From an uncultured Mycoplasmatota bacterium (lineage in GTDB: Bacteria > Bacillota_I > Bacilli_A > RF39 > UBA660), in contig USGP01000003.1 in NCBI GenBank assembly GCA_900554315.1, forward strand, positions 9,208-73,207: a DNA stretch of 64,000 nucleotides, in the 5' to 3' direction. The notes under the pieces were generated by a model. That model did no database searches. It worked only from the letters and a program-made list of their open reading frames with translations, and had not been told where the DNA came from. Numbering within the stretch: position 1 is the first letter of the stretch; the number at the start of each line of letters is the position of its first letter. The position numbers and the translations under genes were made by a program. Of this stretch, positions 10,678 through 20,462 are shown piece after piece.

Positions 10678-11925
10678 CTACTTTTTATTATCATTTTTAT
10701 ATAATATATTGATATCTACCGCTGTATCAATACCGTCTATTTTTCCATCTTGGCATAATTGCCACATTACATAATGAGAATCATAATCTGTTTTTTCTGT
10801 ATAATGAGCTAACCATACATCATAACTATGGTATTTCCAAATGCTGTTTAAGTAATTTTTACTTCCATATAACATTCCAGCATATCCAGCATCTTCGACA
10901 GTATCTAAAAAGCTTTCTGCTACTTCATTTAATCCAAAAATTGATAATTCCATTTCATTAAAATTGTTGTAGCATTCCCAATCAAAAGCAACTGGTAAGG
11001 TTATATTATAATCTTTTATTTGATTCAATACCCAGTCTGCTTGTTTTTTAGACTCTTCTTTACTGTCAGCATAAGAATAAAAATATACCCCAACTTTTAG
11101 ACCATTTTTAGTAGCATTTTCTACATTTGTTTTAAAGTATGGGTCTAATATATATTCTCCATTTACTCCTTGTTGAGAACCTACTCTAATCATTACAAAT
11201 GTAGCTCCTGCTTTTTTTACTTTTTTAAAGTTGATGTCTCCTTGCCACTTTGATACATCTATTCCTATTTCTGTATCCTTATCTTTGTGTTCTTCTACTA
11301 CTTCATGAAAGGCTGTAGAAACTTCTTCTTGTTGTTCTGATGTTTCCTCTGGTTGAACATTTTCTTCTTCAGGTTCTGGTGGTGTAGGTTCATAAACATT
11401 TAAGGTAAATGGTAGTCTAGTTTCATTGTTGCTGCTGTCTACCGCTACATATGTTAATTTGTAAGATCCTGGTGTATTAATATCATATGTTCCTTCCACT
11501 TTGCAAGTCGGATTACTATCATAGTTATCTGCACAAAAGATTTCCTTTTCAAAATTTATATCTGCTCCTACTGGTGTAGAATAACTACTAGAAAGCCATA
11601 CTAATGGTTTTTCTTCATCCACTACATCAATGTTAAAAATACCCATTCTCTTTTGACCGTTTTCGTTTTCATAAATAAATTTTACTTCTTGTTCACCGAG
11701 TTTTTGGGTATTTATATTATTATTGGTTATTAATTTTCCATTCATGGATTCAATAAATTCTTTTACTCTTGCTTTACTATATACATTTACTTTTACATTA
11801 TCTATTACTTTGTACCCAGTTGTATCTAGTTTTGGAGGTCTAGTTAAGGCATAGACACATCCGCTTATAATTAATAGAAGTCCTACTAATATCAAAATTA
11901 GAACTCTTAACTTTTTTTGTTTCAT
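10678..11925 (-). CDS. GH25 family lysozyme (muramidase) with N-terminal anchor and Ig-like domain
   Basis: GIDVSKWQGDINFKKVKKAGATFVMIRVG matches the GH25 N-terminal signature. N-terminal TM anchor. Confidence 0.7.
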   Translation of the reverse strand: MKQKKLRVLILILVGLLLIISGCVYALTRPPKLDTTGYKVIDNVKVNVYSKARVKEFIESMNGKLITNNNINTQKLGEQEVKFIYENENGQKRMGIFNIDVVDEEKPLVWLSSSYSTPVGADINFEKEIFCADNYDSNPTCKVEGTYDINTPGSYKLTYVAVDSSNNETRLPFTLNVYEPTPPEPEEENVQPEETSEQQEEVSTAFHEVVEEHKDKDTEIGIDVSKWQGDINFKKVKKAGATFVMIRVGSQQGVNGEYILDPYFKTNVENATKNGLKVGVYFYSYADSKEESKKQADWVLNQIKDYNITLPVAFDWECYNNFNEMELSIFGLNEVAESFLDTVEDAGYAGMLYGSKNYLNSIWKYHSYDVWLAHYTEKTDYDSHYVMWQLCQDGKIDGIDTAVDINILYKNDNKK

Positions 11926-12018
11926 AAATCACCTCTAAATCTATTAGATTATTACTATTATATAAATTAGTACCCTATGATTTATATATTTTTATTATAC
12001 CTTATTTTTCTTAAAAAT

Positions 12019-12045
12019 AAAATATCCACATAAGTTGTGGATATT
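12019..12045 (-). terminator. Rho-independent terminator
   Basis: Perfect hairpin atatccaca-taagt-tgtggatat followed by a T-run on the minus strand. Confidence 0.6.
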
Positions 12046-13266
12046 CTATTTATCATTTTTGATTTCCTCCACAGATTCTGTTAATTTTTCATAAGTACTA
12101 GCTCCAGGTATCGTTAACTTGATAACAGAATCTTTGACAATAAATGTATTAGGATAAGAAATTATTTCAAATTTTGAGAAAAATTCACCTGTCTCATCCA
12201 TTAATACTGGGAAGGATATATTTTTCTTTTTCACAATTTTTTTTATTTTTTCTGTACTTTTATACTCTAATTTTGGAGAGACAACAGATAATAAAATGAC
12301 ATCTTTTTTATTTTTTCCATAGTGTTCATATAATTTTTCTAACTCTTTTAATTCTTTTTTACAAGCAGAACAGTCTGTTGCCCAAAAATGTAGTATTACT
12401 ACTTTGTCTTTATAATCTTTCCACTGATGTGTTTTATTGTTTTGGTCTTTTAGTGTAAATTTAGAAACTTTATATGTTGCTTTTTTATTAGGTGTTATAT
12501 TACTTTTGCAACTAGCCAAACCAGTTTCTTCATCTATTCCACAGTTTTGTTCTACTTTTGTAGATTGTGCTACATTTATGTTTGTAATTAATATATAGCA
12601 ACCTACTAGTAATAATAGAACACCTCCAATTTGGACTATTCTTTCTAAAATATTTTGTTTTTTCTTTAAAAAGTTTAATACTTCTGCGGTAAATAAGCCT
12701 AATATTAAGAATGGTACAATAAAACCTATGGTATAGAATAATACTAATATATTTCCCATTAGCATGCTTTCGGCACTACTTGCCATAATTAGTACTGATG
12801 ATAGTGCTGGCCCTACGCAAGGTGTCCAGGCAAAACTAAATAAAAATCCCATAATAAAAGCTACTGCTGGATTCATTTTATTAGGATTAATATTAATATG
12901 TAACTTTTTTTCTTTTTGTAAAAATTTAAAGTTAATTATTTTCAATTGGAAGAGTCCTAAAATAATAATAATGATTGCTCCAACAATTGCGATAATATGT
13001 TTGTATTCTTTAAAAAATGTTCCTAAAGCTGTAAATGATAAACCTAGGATAAAGAATGACATAGATACCCCTAATACAAAGAATAAGGTATATAAGAAGA
13101 CTATTTTCCTTTTATATATAATTTTTCCATCTTTGGTTTTCTCTTTGGCACTTCCTGCTAAATAGCCCATGTATAATGGTAATAAAGGAATGACGCAAGG
13201 AGAAAAGAATGAAATAAATCCTTCTAATAATACAGTGACTGATTGTATTAAAAAATCCATATCCAA
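12046..13266 (-). CDS. cytochrome c-type biogenesis CcdA/DsbD-like membrane domain fused to a C-terminal thioredoxin-like (TlpA/ResA-like) domain
   Basis: Multi-TM N-terminal part with the paired Cys of CcdA (FFSPCVIPLLP...WTPCVGP). C-terminal HFWATDCSACKKE CxxC thioredoxin fold. Confidence 0.65.
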   Translation of the reverse strand: MDMDFLIQSVTVLLEGFISFFSPCVIPLLPLYMGYLAGSAKEKTKDGKIIYKRKIVFLYTLFFVLGVSMSFFILGLSFTALGTFFKEYKHIIAIVGAIIIIILGLFQLKIINFKFLQKEKKLHININPNKMNPAVAFIMGFLFSFAWTPCVGPALSSVLIMASSAESMLMGNILVLFYTIGFIVPFLILGLFTAEVLNFLKKKQNILERIVQIGGVLLLLVGCYILITNINVAQSTKVEQNCGIDEETGLASCKSNITPNKKATYKVSKFTLKDQNNKTHQWKDYKDKVVILHFWATDCSACKKELKELEKLYEHYGKNKKDVILLSVVSPKLEYKSTEKIKKIVKKKNISFPVLMDETGEFFSKFEIISYPNTFIVKDSVIKLTIPGASTYEKLTESVEEIKNDK

Positions 13267-13350
13267 CCTCCTCTAATCTAACCTACTATATTTTAACAAA
13301 TAATATATTACTATACAATAATTTTTCATAAAAAAAAGTCCTATGGACTT

Positions 13351-15030
13351 TTATATTTCTATTTCTTTTATATTCTTAATTCCCTTATTCATGACTTTAT
13401 AATAAATTAAAATATTTGCCATGACTAGAATAATAATTAACATTCCTTTTAATAAGGTTAATGGATAATCAATTACTCTGTTTAAATAATAGGTTCCTCC
13501 TCCAATTACAATTGCAATAATCATGGAGATTGCCATAGAGAAAAATGTATTTTCATTTCCTCGTAAACAGTTTAACTCATCTTCCCATACTAGCTTTGGA
13601 TTTATGGTATCTAAATAAATTCCTAAATAAGTAAAGAAGGTACAAGATAGCAATGATACTGTAATAAATGATAGTGTATCTAACGCTGATGCCTGAAGTA
13701 AAACACTAATTATGATTAAATATATAAAATTAAAACCAAAACTAATTAAAATTGATACAAAAGCTTTTATATTGATTTGTGTTTTATAATTTATAGGAAT
13801 AAATTTCATAAAAGCAATATGATGTCCTTCTCTGGAAATGGAGCTTGATGCTATACTGTTGGCTGTTGTAATTATTGCTGATATAGCAAATATTGCTATC
13901 CAAACTACTAATAAAGCAAGAGGTTGATGAGTTTTATATTCATTTATAAATTCTACAATAATATTATCTTGCCCTTGAATTAAATATATTAAAATAATTA
14001 CAATTGGCCATAATAAATTACTTAAAATACAGTTACTAAAAAATGCAGGTGTTCTAGTTAATAACTTTAATTCTTTTTTTAGATAAGTGATTTTAGGATC
14101 TTTTTGTTTTACCTTTTCTAATACTTTTGTAATATTTTCTTGATTAAAATTAGCATTACTGTTAATCCTTTTTACTCCTGTGATATAGAATTTATCTGCT
14201 AAAAACATAAATACTATGTATGCTAATATATTAATTGCTATATAAATAATAAACGAAATAATATTAGTGTTGGTAATTGCATCTGTTAAAAAGTAAGTTG
14301 TTGGGAATATATAATTCACAATTTTTATAAAACTAACTTGGTTGGTTGCTAATAAATGAATAAACTCTGTAATACTGTCATTATTTATGTAATTAATACC
14401 AATCATTCCTAATATTATAATAAAAGCTAATAATAGTATTGTTAGTCCATTATTTTTATTTCTAATCATTTTTGTGAAGCGCATGATAAGTATAGCAATA
14501 ATTCCACAATATACTAATGGTAAAATTGGTAATGTTAGAACACCAATGATACTCATTATTACTGATAATATATTACTATCTATAACGAGTAAAAATCCTA
14601 AAAAAGCAGCTAATAAGAATAAAAATTCCATTACACTTTCACTGATTAGGACTGCTGTAAATTTGGATGAAATTAACACTTTTGGTTTTATTGGTAATGG
14701 TAAAACATGTTCAATATCTCCCGAAAAATAGAAAGTATTTAATATTATATTAAAACCAAATATCATAGAAAATATACAAATAAACTGAATTACTAATAAT
14801 AAACCATTTCCAATATTAAAAGATAATAATGTCGTATTCATAATTTCTTCTTTGATTCCTACTGTTGTACTTCCTACTAGAAAAGCCATCAATATAAAAC
14901 AAGGTATAAAAATAAATATTGTAGCAATTAGACCTAGAATAATATAAAATCTAAGTTTATTTTTCTTTTCCGCTCTTGGCATTTCTCCGGATAAAAGAAA
15001 TGTCTTTACTAATTTACTATACATTTTCAT
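13351..15030 (-). CDS. ABC transporter permease (large multi-TM)
   Basis: 559 aa, many TM helices, coupled to the upstream ATPase gene. Confidence 0.5.
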   Translation of the reverse strand: MKMYSKLVKTFLLSGEMPRAEKKNKLRFYIILGLIATIFIFIPCFILMAFLVGSTTVGIKEEIMNTTLLSFNIGNGLLLVIQFICIFSMIFGFNIILNTFYFSGDIEHVLPLPIKPKVLISSKFTAVLISESVMEFLFLLAAFLGFLLVIDSNILSVIMSIIGVLTLPILPLVYCGIIAILIMRFTKMIRNKNNGLTILLLAFIIILGMIGINYINNDSITEFIHLLATNQVSFIKIVNYIFPTTYFLTDAITNTNIISFIIYIAINILAYIVFMFLADKFYITGVKRINSNANFNQENITKVLEKVKQKDPKITYLKKELKLLTRTPAFFSNCILSNLLWPIVIILIYLIQGQDNIIVEFINEYKTHQPLALLVVWIAIFAISAIITTANSIASSSISREGHHIAFMKFIPINYKTQINIKAFVSILISFGFNFIYLIIISVLLQASALDTLSFITVSLLSCTFFTYLGIYLDTINPKLVWEDELNCLRGNENTFFSMAISMIIAIVIGGGTYYLNRVIDYPLTLLKGMLIIILVMANILIYYKVMNKGIKNIKEIEI

Positions 15031-15745
15031 CGTTTGTCATCCTTAAAAATATTTCTTCTAGGTCTTCTTTTTTATGATCTTTTTTCAATTCTTTTAGCGT
15101 TCCTTGATAGATTATTTTTCCTTGATTAATGATAATTACTCGATCACATAATTTTTCTGCTACTTCTAATACATGGGTTGAAAAGAGTACTGCATGATTT
15201 TTCTTAGCATGTTCTTTCATCATTTGTTTTAATTGATGAGCAGAAGATGGATCTAGTCCAATTAATGGTTCATCTAATATCCAAACATCAGGTTCATGAA
15301 TTAAAGCTGCTATTACCATCATTTTTTGTCTCATACCATGAGAATAGCTAATCATTTGAGAATCTAAAATGTTTTCTAGACCAAATGCTTTTGTTAGTTC
15401 TTTTATTCTTTCTTTTCTCTTTTTTTCTGGCACATGATAAATGTCAGCAATTAAGTTTAAAAATTCTATTCCCTTTAGTCTTAAAAACATATCTGGACTA
15501 TCTGATATATAGCCAATATTTTTCTTTGCTTCTAATGGTTCTTTATCAATATCATATCCAGCGACTTTAATTGTTCCACTATCTTTTTGATAGATTCCCG
15601 TCAATAGTTTTAATGTTGTTGTTTTACCACTTCCATTTGGTCCAATAAAGCCAACTATTTCGCCTGGCTTTACTGAAAAAGTTATATTATCTACGGCTTT
15701 ATTCGTTTCGTTAAATATTTTTGTTACATTTTTTACTTCTATCAT
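15017..15745 (-). CDS. ABC transporter ATP-binding protein
   Basis: Walker A GPNGSGKTT, signature-like YSHGMRQK, Walker B ILDEP. Confidence 0.85.
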   Translation of the reverse strand: MIEVKNVTKIFNETNKAVDNITFSVKPGEIVGFIGPNGSGKTTTLKLLTGIYQKDSGTIKVAGYDIDKEPLEAKKNIGYISDSPDMFLRLKGIEFLNLIADIYHVPEKKRKERIKELTKAFGLENILDSQMISYSHGMRQKMMVIAALIHEPDVWILDEPLIGLDPSSAHQLKQMMKEHAKKNHAVLFSTHVLEVAEKLCDRVIIINQGKIIYQGTLKELKKDHKKEDLEEIFLRMTNDENV

Positions 15746-15805
15746 ATTATTCCTCCTATCTTATTGTATTATTTGTAGTTTACTTTAAGTCAATACCTAA
15801 TTATT

Positions 15806-16162
15806 TCAGATTACAATAAAATTTAATATTATTGTTATAATGAAAATCAAAAATGCTGTTAGCGATATGATTAATATTCCTATAAACTCTTCTTTTTTTA
15901 TATTTTTTCTATCTAATACTATTAGTATGATTGTTGCAATGGATAAAATAAGTTCTAAGTAAATATTAAACATGGAACACCCTAGGGAAACAATAGATGT
16001 AATCCAGTATATAATACTTTTGTCTGTTGACTTTTTTTCTTGTAATGATTTTTGATTTGGTATCTGTTTGGTATTAAGAGTTTGTTCTAATGTATTCTTT
16101 CCACAGAAAGTACAATAGATACAATCATTGTCTATCGTTGCTCCACAATGAGGACATATCAT
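15806..16162 (-). CDS. small membrane protein with N-terminal zinc ribbon
   Basis: MICPHCG...CTFCG then TM helices. Confidence 0.4.
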   Translation of the reverse strand: MICPHCGATIDNDCIYCTFCGKNTLEQTLNTKQIPNQKSLQEKKSTDKSIIYWITSIVSLGCSMFNIYLELILSIATIILIVLDRKNIKKEEFIGILIISLTAFLIFIITIILNFIVI

Positions 16163-16225
16163 ATCATCACTTCCTTATTCTTATTTTTAGTATAACATTT
16201 TGTCTCTGTTTTTTCTCTTTTTTTC

Positions 16226-16252
16226 ATAAAAAAAACATCTTTCGATGTTTAT
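16226..16252 (-). terminator. Rho-independent terminator overlapping the corA stop
   Basis: Hairpin aaacatc-tttc-gatgttt followed by a T-run on the minus strand. Confidence 0.55.
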
Positions 16253-17190
16253 AGCATATTTTTCTTTTTTAAAAGCAAGGCTACTATTAGAGAAACTACC
16301 ACAGCAATTAAGACAACTACTACAAATGCGTTACTTAAGTTTTCAATTGGTCCTAATGATACATTCATTCCTAAGAATGAGGAAATCATCGTTGGAATAG
16401 ACAAAACAATTGTTGCTGCTGCTAAAAATTTCATTGCTATATTTAAGTTGTTAGAAATGATTGTAGCATAAGTATCTGTAATAGAAGATAAAATATCTCT
16501 ATAAATTCCTGCCATTTCTATTGCCTGTTTATTTTCAATGATTGTATCTTCTAATAGGTCTAAATCCCCTTCATATAGAGGAAGAACAATTCCTTTTGCC
16601 AACTTTTCTAATACGGCATCATTTGCCTTTAATGATGTCATAAAGTAAACTAATGTTTTTTCAGTTTCTAGTAATTCTACTAAGTCTTTATTTTCTGTTG
16701 ATTTTTTTAATACCTTTTCTTTAGCTTCAATATCATGATTTACTTCTTTTAGAGCTTTTAAATAACTAGAAGCACTTTTTAATAAGATTTGAATTAAGAA
16801 TCTTGTTTTTTTAGCTGTTCTAAAATCTTTTACTTTATTACGTTTAAAGTCATTTAACATTAATGTCTTTTTTACAGTTACTGTAATAATATAGTTATTG
16901 TTTGTAATAATGATACCTAGAGGGTATGTTTTATATTTATGTTCTCCTTCTTCTTCTAGATAAGGAATATCAATTACAATTAGAGTAGCATTATCTTCTT
17001 GTTCTACTCTTGGAAGTTCTTCGGTATCTAGTAGTTTCATAATAAGTTCTTTTTCTACACCTGTTCTATTTGCTACTTTGTCTATTTCATCTTGTGTTGG
17101 TGCAATTAGGTCTATCCAACAATCGCTAGTCATTTTTTTTACTTTTTTTGCTTTTTTCTCTACCGCACTAGTTTTGTATATTTTTAACAT
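16249..17190 (-). CDS. corA: CorA family Mg2+/Co2+ transporter
   Basis: C-terminal two TM helices with the GMN motif (FLGMNV). Confidence 0.8.
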   Translation of the reverse strand: MLKIYKTSAVEKKAKKVKKMTSDCWIDLIAPTQDEIDKVANRTGVEKELIMKLLDTEELPRVEQEDNATLIVIDIPYLEEEGEHKYKTYPLGIIITNNNYIITVTVKKTLMLNDFKRNKVKDFRTAKKTRFLIQILLKSASSYLKALKEVNHDIEAKEKVLKKSTENKDLVELLETEKTLVYFMTSLKANDAVLEKLAKGIVLPLYEGDLDLLEDTIIENKQAIEMAGIYRDILSSITDTYATIISNNLNIAMKFLAAATIVLSIPTMISSFLGMNVSLGPIENLSNAFVVVVLIAVVVSLIVALLLKKKNML

Positions 17191-17285
17191 AATACCACTC
17201 CCTTCTTTTTTCGCACTATATTATAGCACATTTTTTTATTTTTGATAATCTTTTTATAAAAAAACATATGGTTTTATCCATATGT

Positions 17286-18395
17286 TTAATTACTTCCTAA
17301 TTTTACATCGACAGTGTTTTCTTTACCATCTCTGATATAAGTTATTTTGATTGTATCCCCTGCTTGATGTTGATACAATTCATATCTTAGATATGCTGAA
17401 TCTTTTACTTCTTTGCCATCGATTTTTGTAATTACATCTCCGGTTGTTAATCCAGCATCAGCAGCTCCAGATCCTCTTTCTGCTTGAATAACAACTACAC
17501 CTTCTGTAATATTTCTATCGATGTTAACTTGATTTCTATATAAGCCCGTTCTATCACTAGCATTTACCATGGATACTCCTAATACAGGCCACTTAATTTC
17601 TTCTCCTTTTTCTAAGGATTCAATATGATTCATTGCATATTCAATAGGAATTGCAAATCCCATACCTTCAATCTCATCATCTACTAGTTTTAGAGAACAA
17701 ATTCCTATTACTTCACCATTGGCATTTACTAATGGTCCACCACTGTTACCTGGATTAATAGAAGCATCAAATTGTAGAACTCGCATTACCCAGTCATTGC
17801 TGCTAGTGTTTGATACACTAACTGATACCATACGATCTTTTCCTGATAAAATACCAGATGTAACGGTTCCTCTATATTCTTCTCCCATTGGAGTTCCTAC
17901 TGTAAACACAGTATCACCAAGTTTCATATCCTCACTGTTACCAATATTTGCTACCATTGAGACATTTGATTTATCTACTCTTAAAACTGCTAAATCAAGA
18001 TATTCATCTCCACCTAAAACTTCTGCTTCAGCTTCTGTATCATCCATCATGGTAACTGTTACGGAATCAGCTCCACTTACAACGTGATAATTTGTAAGTA
18101 AATAACCGTATTTATCATCTGTTTTATATACAAAGGCTGAACCAGTTGATATCAAACTGTTTTGTTCATAAGCTGATACCATAGCAACTGCATCATATAC
18201 TTTATCTACAGCTGCTGCTAGAGAATTTTTTTCATATATTTGAGTATCATTTCTAGTTACTACATTTTCTCCTGATGTTCCTATTACTTGACTTACTAAT
18301 GGGGTCCATTTTAATAGAGCAAACATGATAATCCCACCTATGACAAAAGAAAAGGTAATTAGAAATATTGTTTTTAAATTTTCTTTCTTTTTCAC
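17286..18395 (-). CDS. htrA: HtrA/DegP-family serine protease with PDZ domain, membrane anchored
   Basis: N-terminal TM, trypsin-like GNSGGPLVN active-site motif, C-terminal PDZ. Confidence 0.85.
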   Translation of the reverse strand: MKKKENLKTIFLITFSFVIGGIIMFALLKWTPLVSQVIGTSGENVVTRNDTQIYEKNSLAAAVDKVYDAVAMVSAYEQNSLISTGSAFVYKTDDKYGYLLTNYHVVSGADSVTVTMMDDTEAEAEVLGGDEYLDLAVLRVDKSNVSMVANIGNSEDMKLGDTVFTVGTPMGEEYRGTVTSGILSGKDRMVSVSVSNTSSNDWVMRVLQFDASINPGNSGGPLVNANGEVIGICSLKLVDDEIEGMGFAIPIEYAMNHIESLEKGEEIKWPVLGVSMVNASDRTGLYRNQVNIDRNITEGVVVIQAERGSGAADAGLTTGDVITKIDGKEVKDSAYLRYELYQHQAGDTIKITYIRDGKENTVDVKLGSN

Positions 18396-19351
18396 TCGTT
18401 ATCTACACTCCTTTCGATTCCTGCTAAATCTTTCCAATTTTCTGGGAATCCCATTCTATGTAATACTTTTTCAACCCTAATAGATGTCAAATTATAATTT
18501 AATGTTTGAACTACATTATCTAACTCTATTATCATATTCTTAAAATCATCAGATATTAACATTTGACGCATTATGATAAGTAAAGCAAACAAATCACATT
18601 TTCCATATATATATTCACCATTTTCTTTTGGTATATCTAATAACTGATGATATACGGTATCATCGATTTGCTTCTGGGTTCTATTTTCATAAAGAATATC
18701 TTCATGAGCACACAAATTTCTATAATTGGCAAGTATTGGTAAGTATACCAAAAGGTCATCTACATCTACATTATAAATTTTGCCAATTTCTTGTTGATCT
18801 TCTGGTTTTAAGATAGAGAACATTTCACTTACGATTCCAAATGATAATACTTTTACAAGAATCCATAAAGGAATATATCCATAATTAGAAACATAATGTA
18901 GTGTAGCTGAATGTTGGCTACCGTTTACTCTGATTTGACGTTTCATCTTCTTTAACAAATCATTAACTTGACGCTGTCTAGCTGGATCGTGTGTAAAGTT
19001 TTTTGCTCTTAAGTAGTCACGTTCTCGATAACCATATTTTTTTGATAATTGGTATGAAGTAATTGATTTTAAGTTGTTTTCAATTACTAATAAATATTTA
19101 AAAATTACATTACGAAAAGAACGATCAAATAAGAACAAGCTATATAACTCTTCAAATGTTGTTCCAGAAATAAATTTCTTTTCTGTCTCTGATTTGTAAA
19201 AAAGGTGACGATAACCATTTAAGAAGAAATAATTTTCTCTTAGCAATACTTGTTTGGCATATCTTTCGTCTTGGATTACTAAACCCTTATGTTTGAATAT
19301 TTCAATTTGTTCATCTAGATTTTTAAATTGTTTCTCTATCATATTTCTCAC
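18392..19351 (-). CDS. Abi-like (Abi_2 / AbiD-AbiF family) abortive infection protein
   Basis: N-terminus IEKQFKNLDEQIEIFKHKGLVIQDERYAKQVLLRENYFFLNGYRHLF matches the conserved Abi_2 N-terminal block. 4-bp overlap with the htrA start. Confidence 0.6.
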   Translation of the reverse strand: MRNMIEKQFKNLDEQIEIFKHKGLVIQDERYAKQVLLRENYFFLNGYRHLFYKSETEKKFISGTTFEELYSLFLFDRSFRNVIFKYLLVIENNLKSITSYQLSKKYGYRERDYLRAKNFTHDPARQRQVNDLLKKMKRQIRVNGSQHSATLHYVSNYGYIPLWILVKVLSFGIVSEMFSILKPEDQQEIGKIYNVDVDDLLVYLPILANYRNLCAHEDILYENRTQKQIDDTVYHQLLDIPKENGEYIYGKCDLFALLIIMRQMLISDDFKNMIIELDNVVQTLNYNLTSIRVEKVLHRMGFPENWKDLAGIERSVDNE

Positions 19352-19446
19352 CTATTATAGATTATACCATATTCTTATCTTAAAAGTATGAAATTTTTGT
19401 GAATTTATATGCTATAATATTTTTAACTATTTAAGGAGGTTATGAT

Positions 19447-20418
19447 ATGCCAGCAACTGTTGCTCATGCTTATTTTGCAAGTGATGTTTATGATACCTTA
19501 CCTGCATCCATAAAAAATGTTTTATCTGTTCCAAGATTGCGAATGTTTGGGCAAAGTACAGATTCTTTTTTCTTTCTTCATTTATTATCTATACTTCCTA
19601 ATCAAAGAATGGCTTATTTTCAGAGGGTTACACATACTACGAAAACTAGAGAATTTTTTGTTACCCTTATCGAATATATCAAAGAAAATCATTTAGAGAA
19701 TGATATTGACGTTTGTTCCTTTCTATGTGGATTTATTTGTCATTATGCTTTAGATACGACAGTTCATCCTTTTGTTTTTTATAAGACTGGAAAGTTTAAT
19801 AAGAAAGATTCTAAAACTTATAAATATAATAGTTTACATACTTTTATGGAAGTTTTTTTAGATAATTACTTGATTCAAGATAGAGAAAAGAAAAATCCTT
19901 ATGCTTTTCCTATTCATAAATATTGTTTTGATTTAACACCATTTTCTCCTTCTTTACAAGATACCTTACGATATGTATTTAATAAAGTTTATTCTGTTAC
20001 AGATATGGATAAAAAGTATTATCAATCTTTAAAAGATATGAAATTATATATACGTATGTTCCGACAAGACAAATATGGAGTTAAAAAAAGTATATATAAA
20101 TTTTTGGATTCTTTTACTTCTAAAAAAACCATAAAATTAGAATCTATTAGTTATCATTATACTATGAGTCCTAAATTGGATTATTTAAATTTTAAACATC
20201 ATATATGGAGAAATCCTACAACTTATTCTATTACTAGTCATGATTCTTTTTATGATTTATATGTTAAATCTCTTAAATTAGCAAAAAAGATGATAGAAAA
20301 CACTTTTTCTTATTTAAACGGCAAGAATATTGATTTAAATAAGGTTTATCAAAATTTAAGTTATGTTACTGGTTTAGATTGTGAATTAAAAAAAGAACTA
20401 AAATATTTTGAATTTTAG
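19447..20418 (+). CDS. hypothetical protein (possibly zinc-dependent phospholipase C-like fold)
   Basis: His-rich N-terminal MPATVAHAYFASD. Weak resemblance only. Confidence 0.3.
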   Translation: MPATVAHAYFASDVYDTLPASIKNVLSVPRLRMFGQSTDSFFFLHLLSILPNQRMAYFQRVTHTTKTREFFVTLIEYIKENHLENDIDVCSFLCGFICHYALDTTVHPFVFYKTGKFNKKDSKTYKYNSLHTFMEVFLDNYLIQDREKKNPYAFPIHKYCFDLTPFSPSLQDTLRYVFNKVYSVTDMDKKYYQSLKDMKLYIRMFRQDKYGVKKSIYKFLDSFTSKKTIKLESISYHYTMSPKLDYLNFKHHIWRNPTTYSITSHDSFYDLYVKSLKLAKKMIENTFSYLNGKNIDLNKVYQNLSYVTGLDCELKKELKYFEF

Positions 20419-20462
20419 TTCTTTTTGTATATTTTTTTAATTTTTTCTCATCCTATTTTTAG

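Noticed and set aside
12764-13165. Plus-strand ORF 12764..13165 (133 aa)
   Set aside because: Antisense inside the CcdA-thioredoxin fusion gene. A hydrophobic frame artefact.
19447-20418. Confident call of a zinc-dependent phospholipase C
   Set aside because: Resemblance is limited to a His-rich N-terminus. There is no clear Trp1/His ligand pattern, so it was downgraded to hypothetical.
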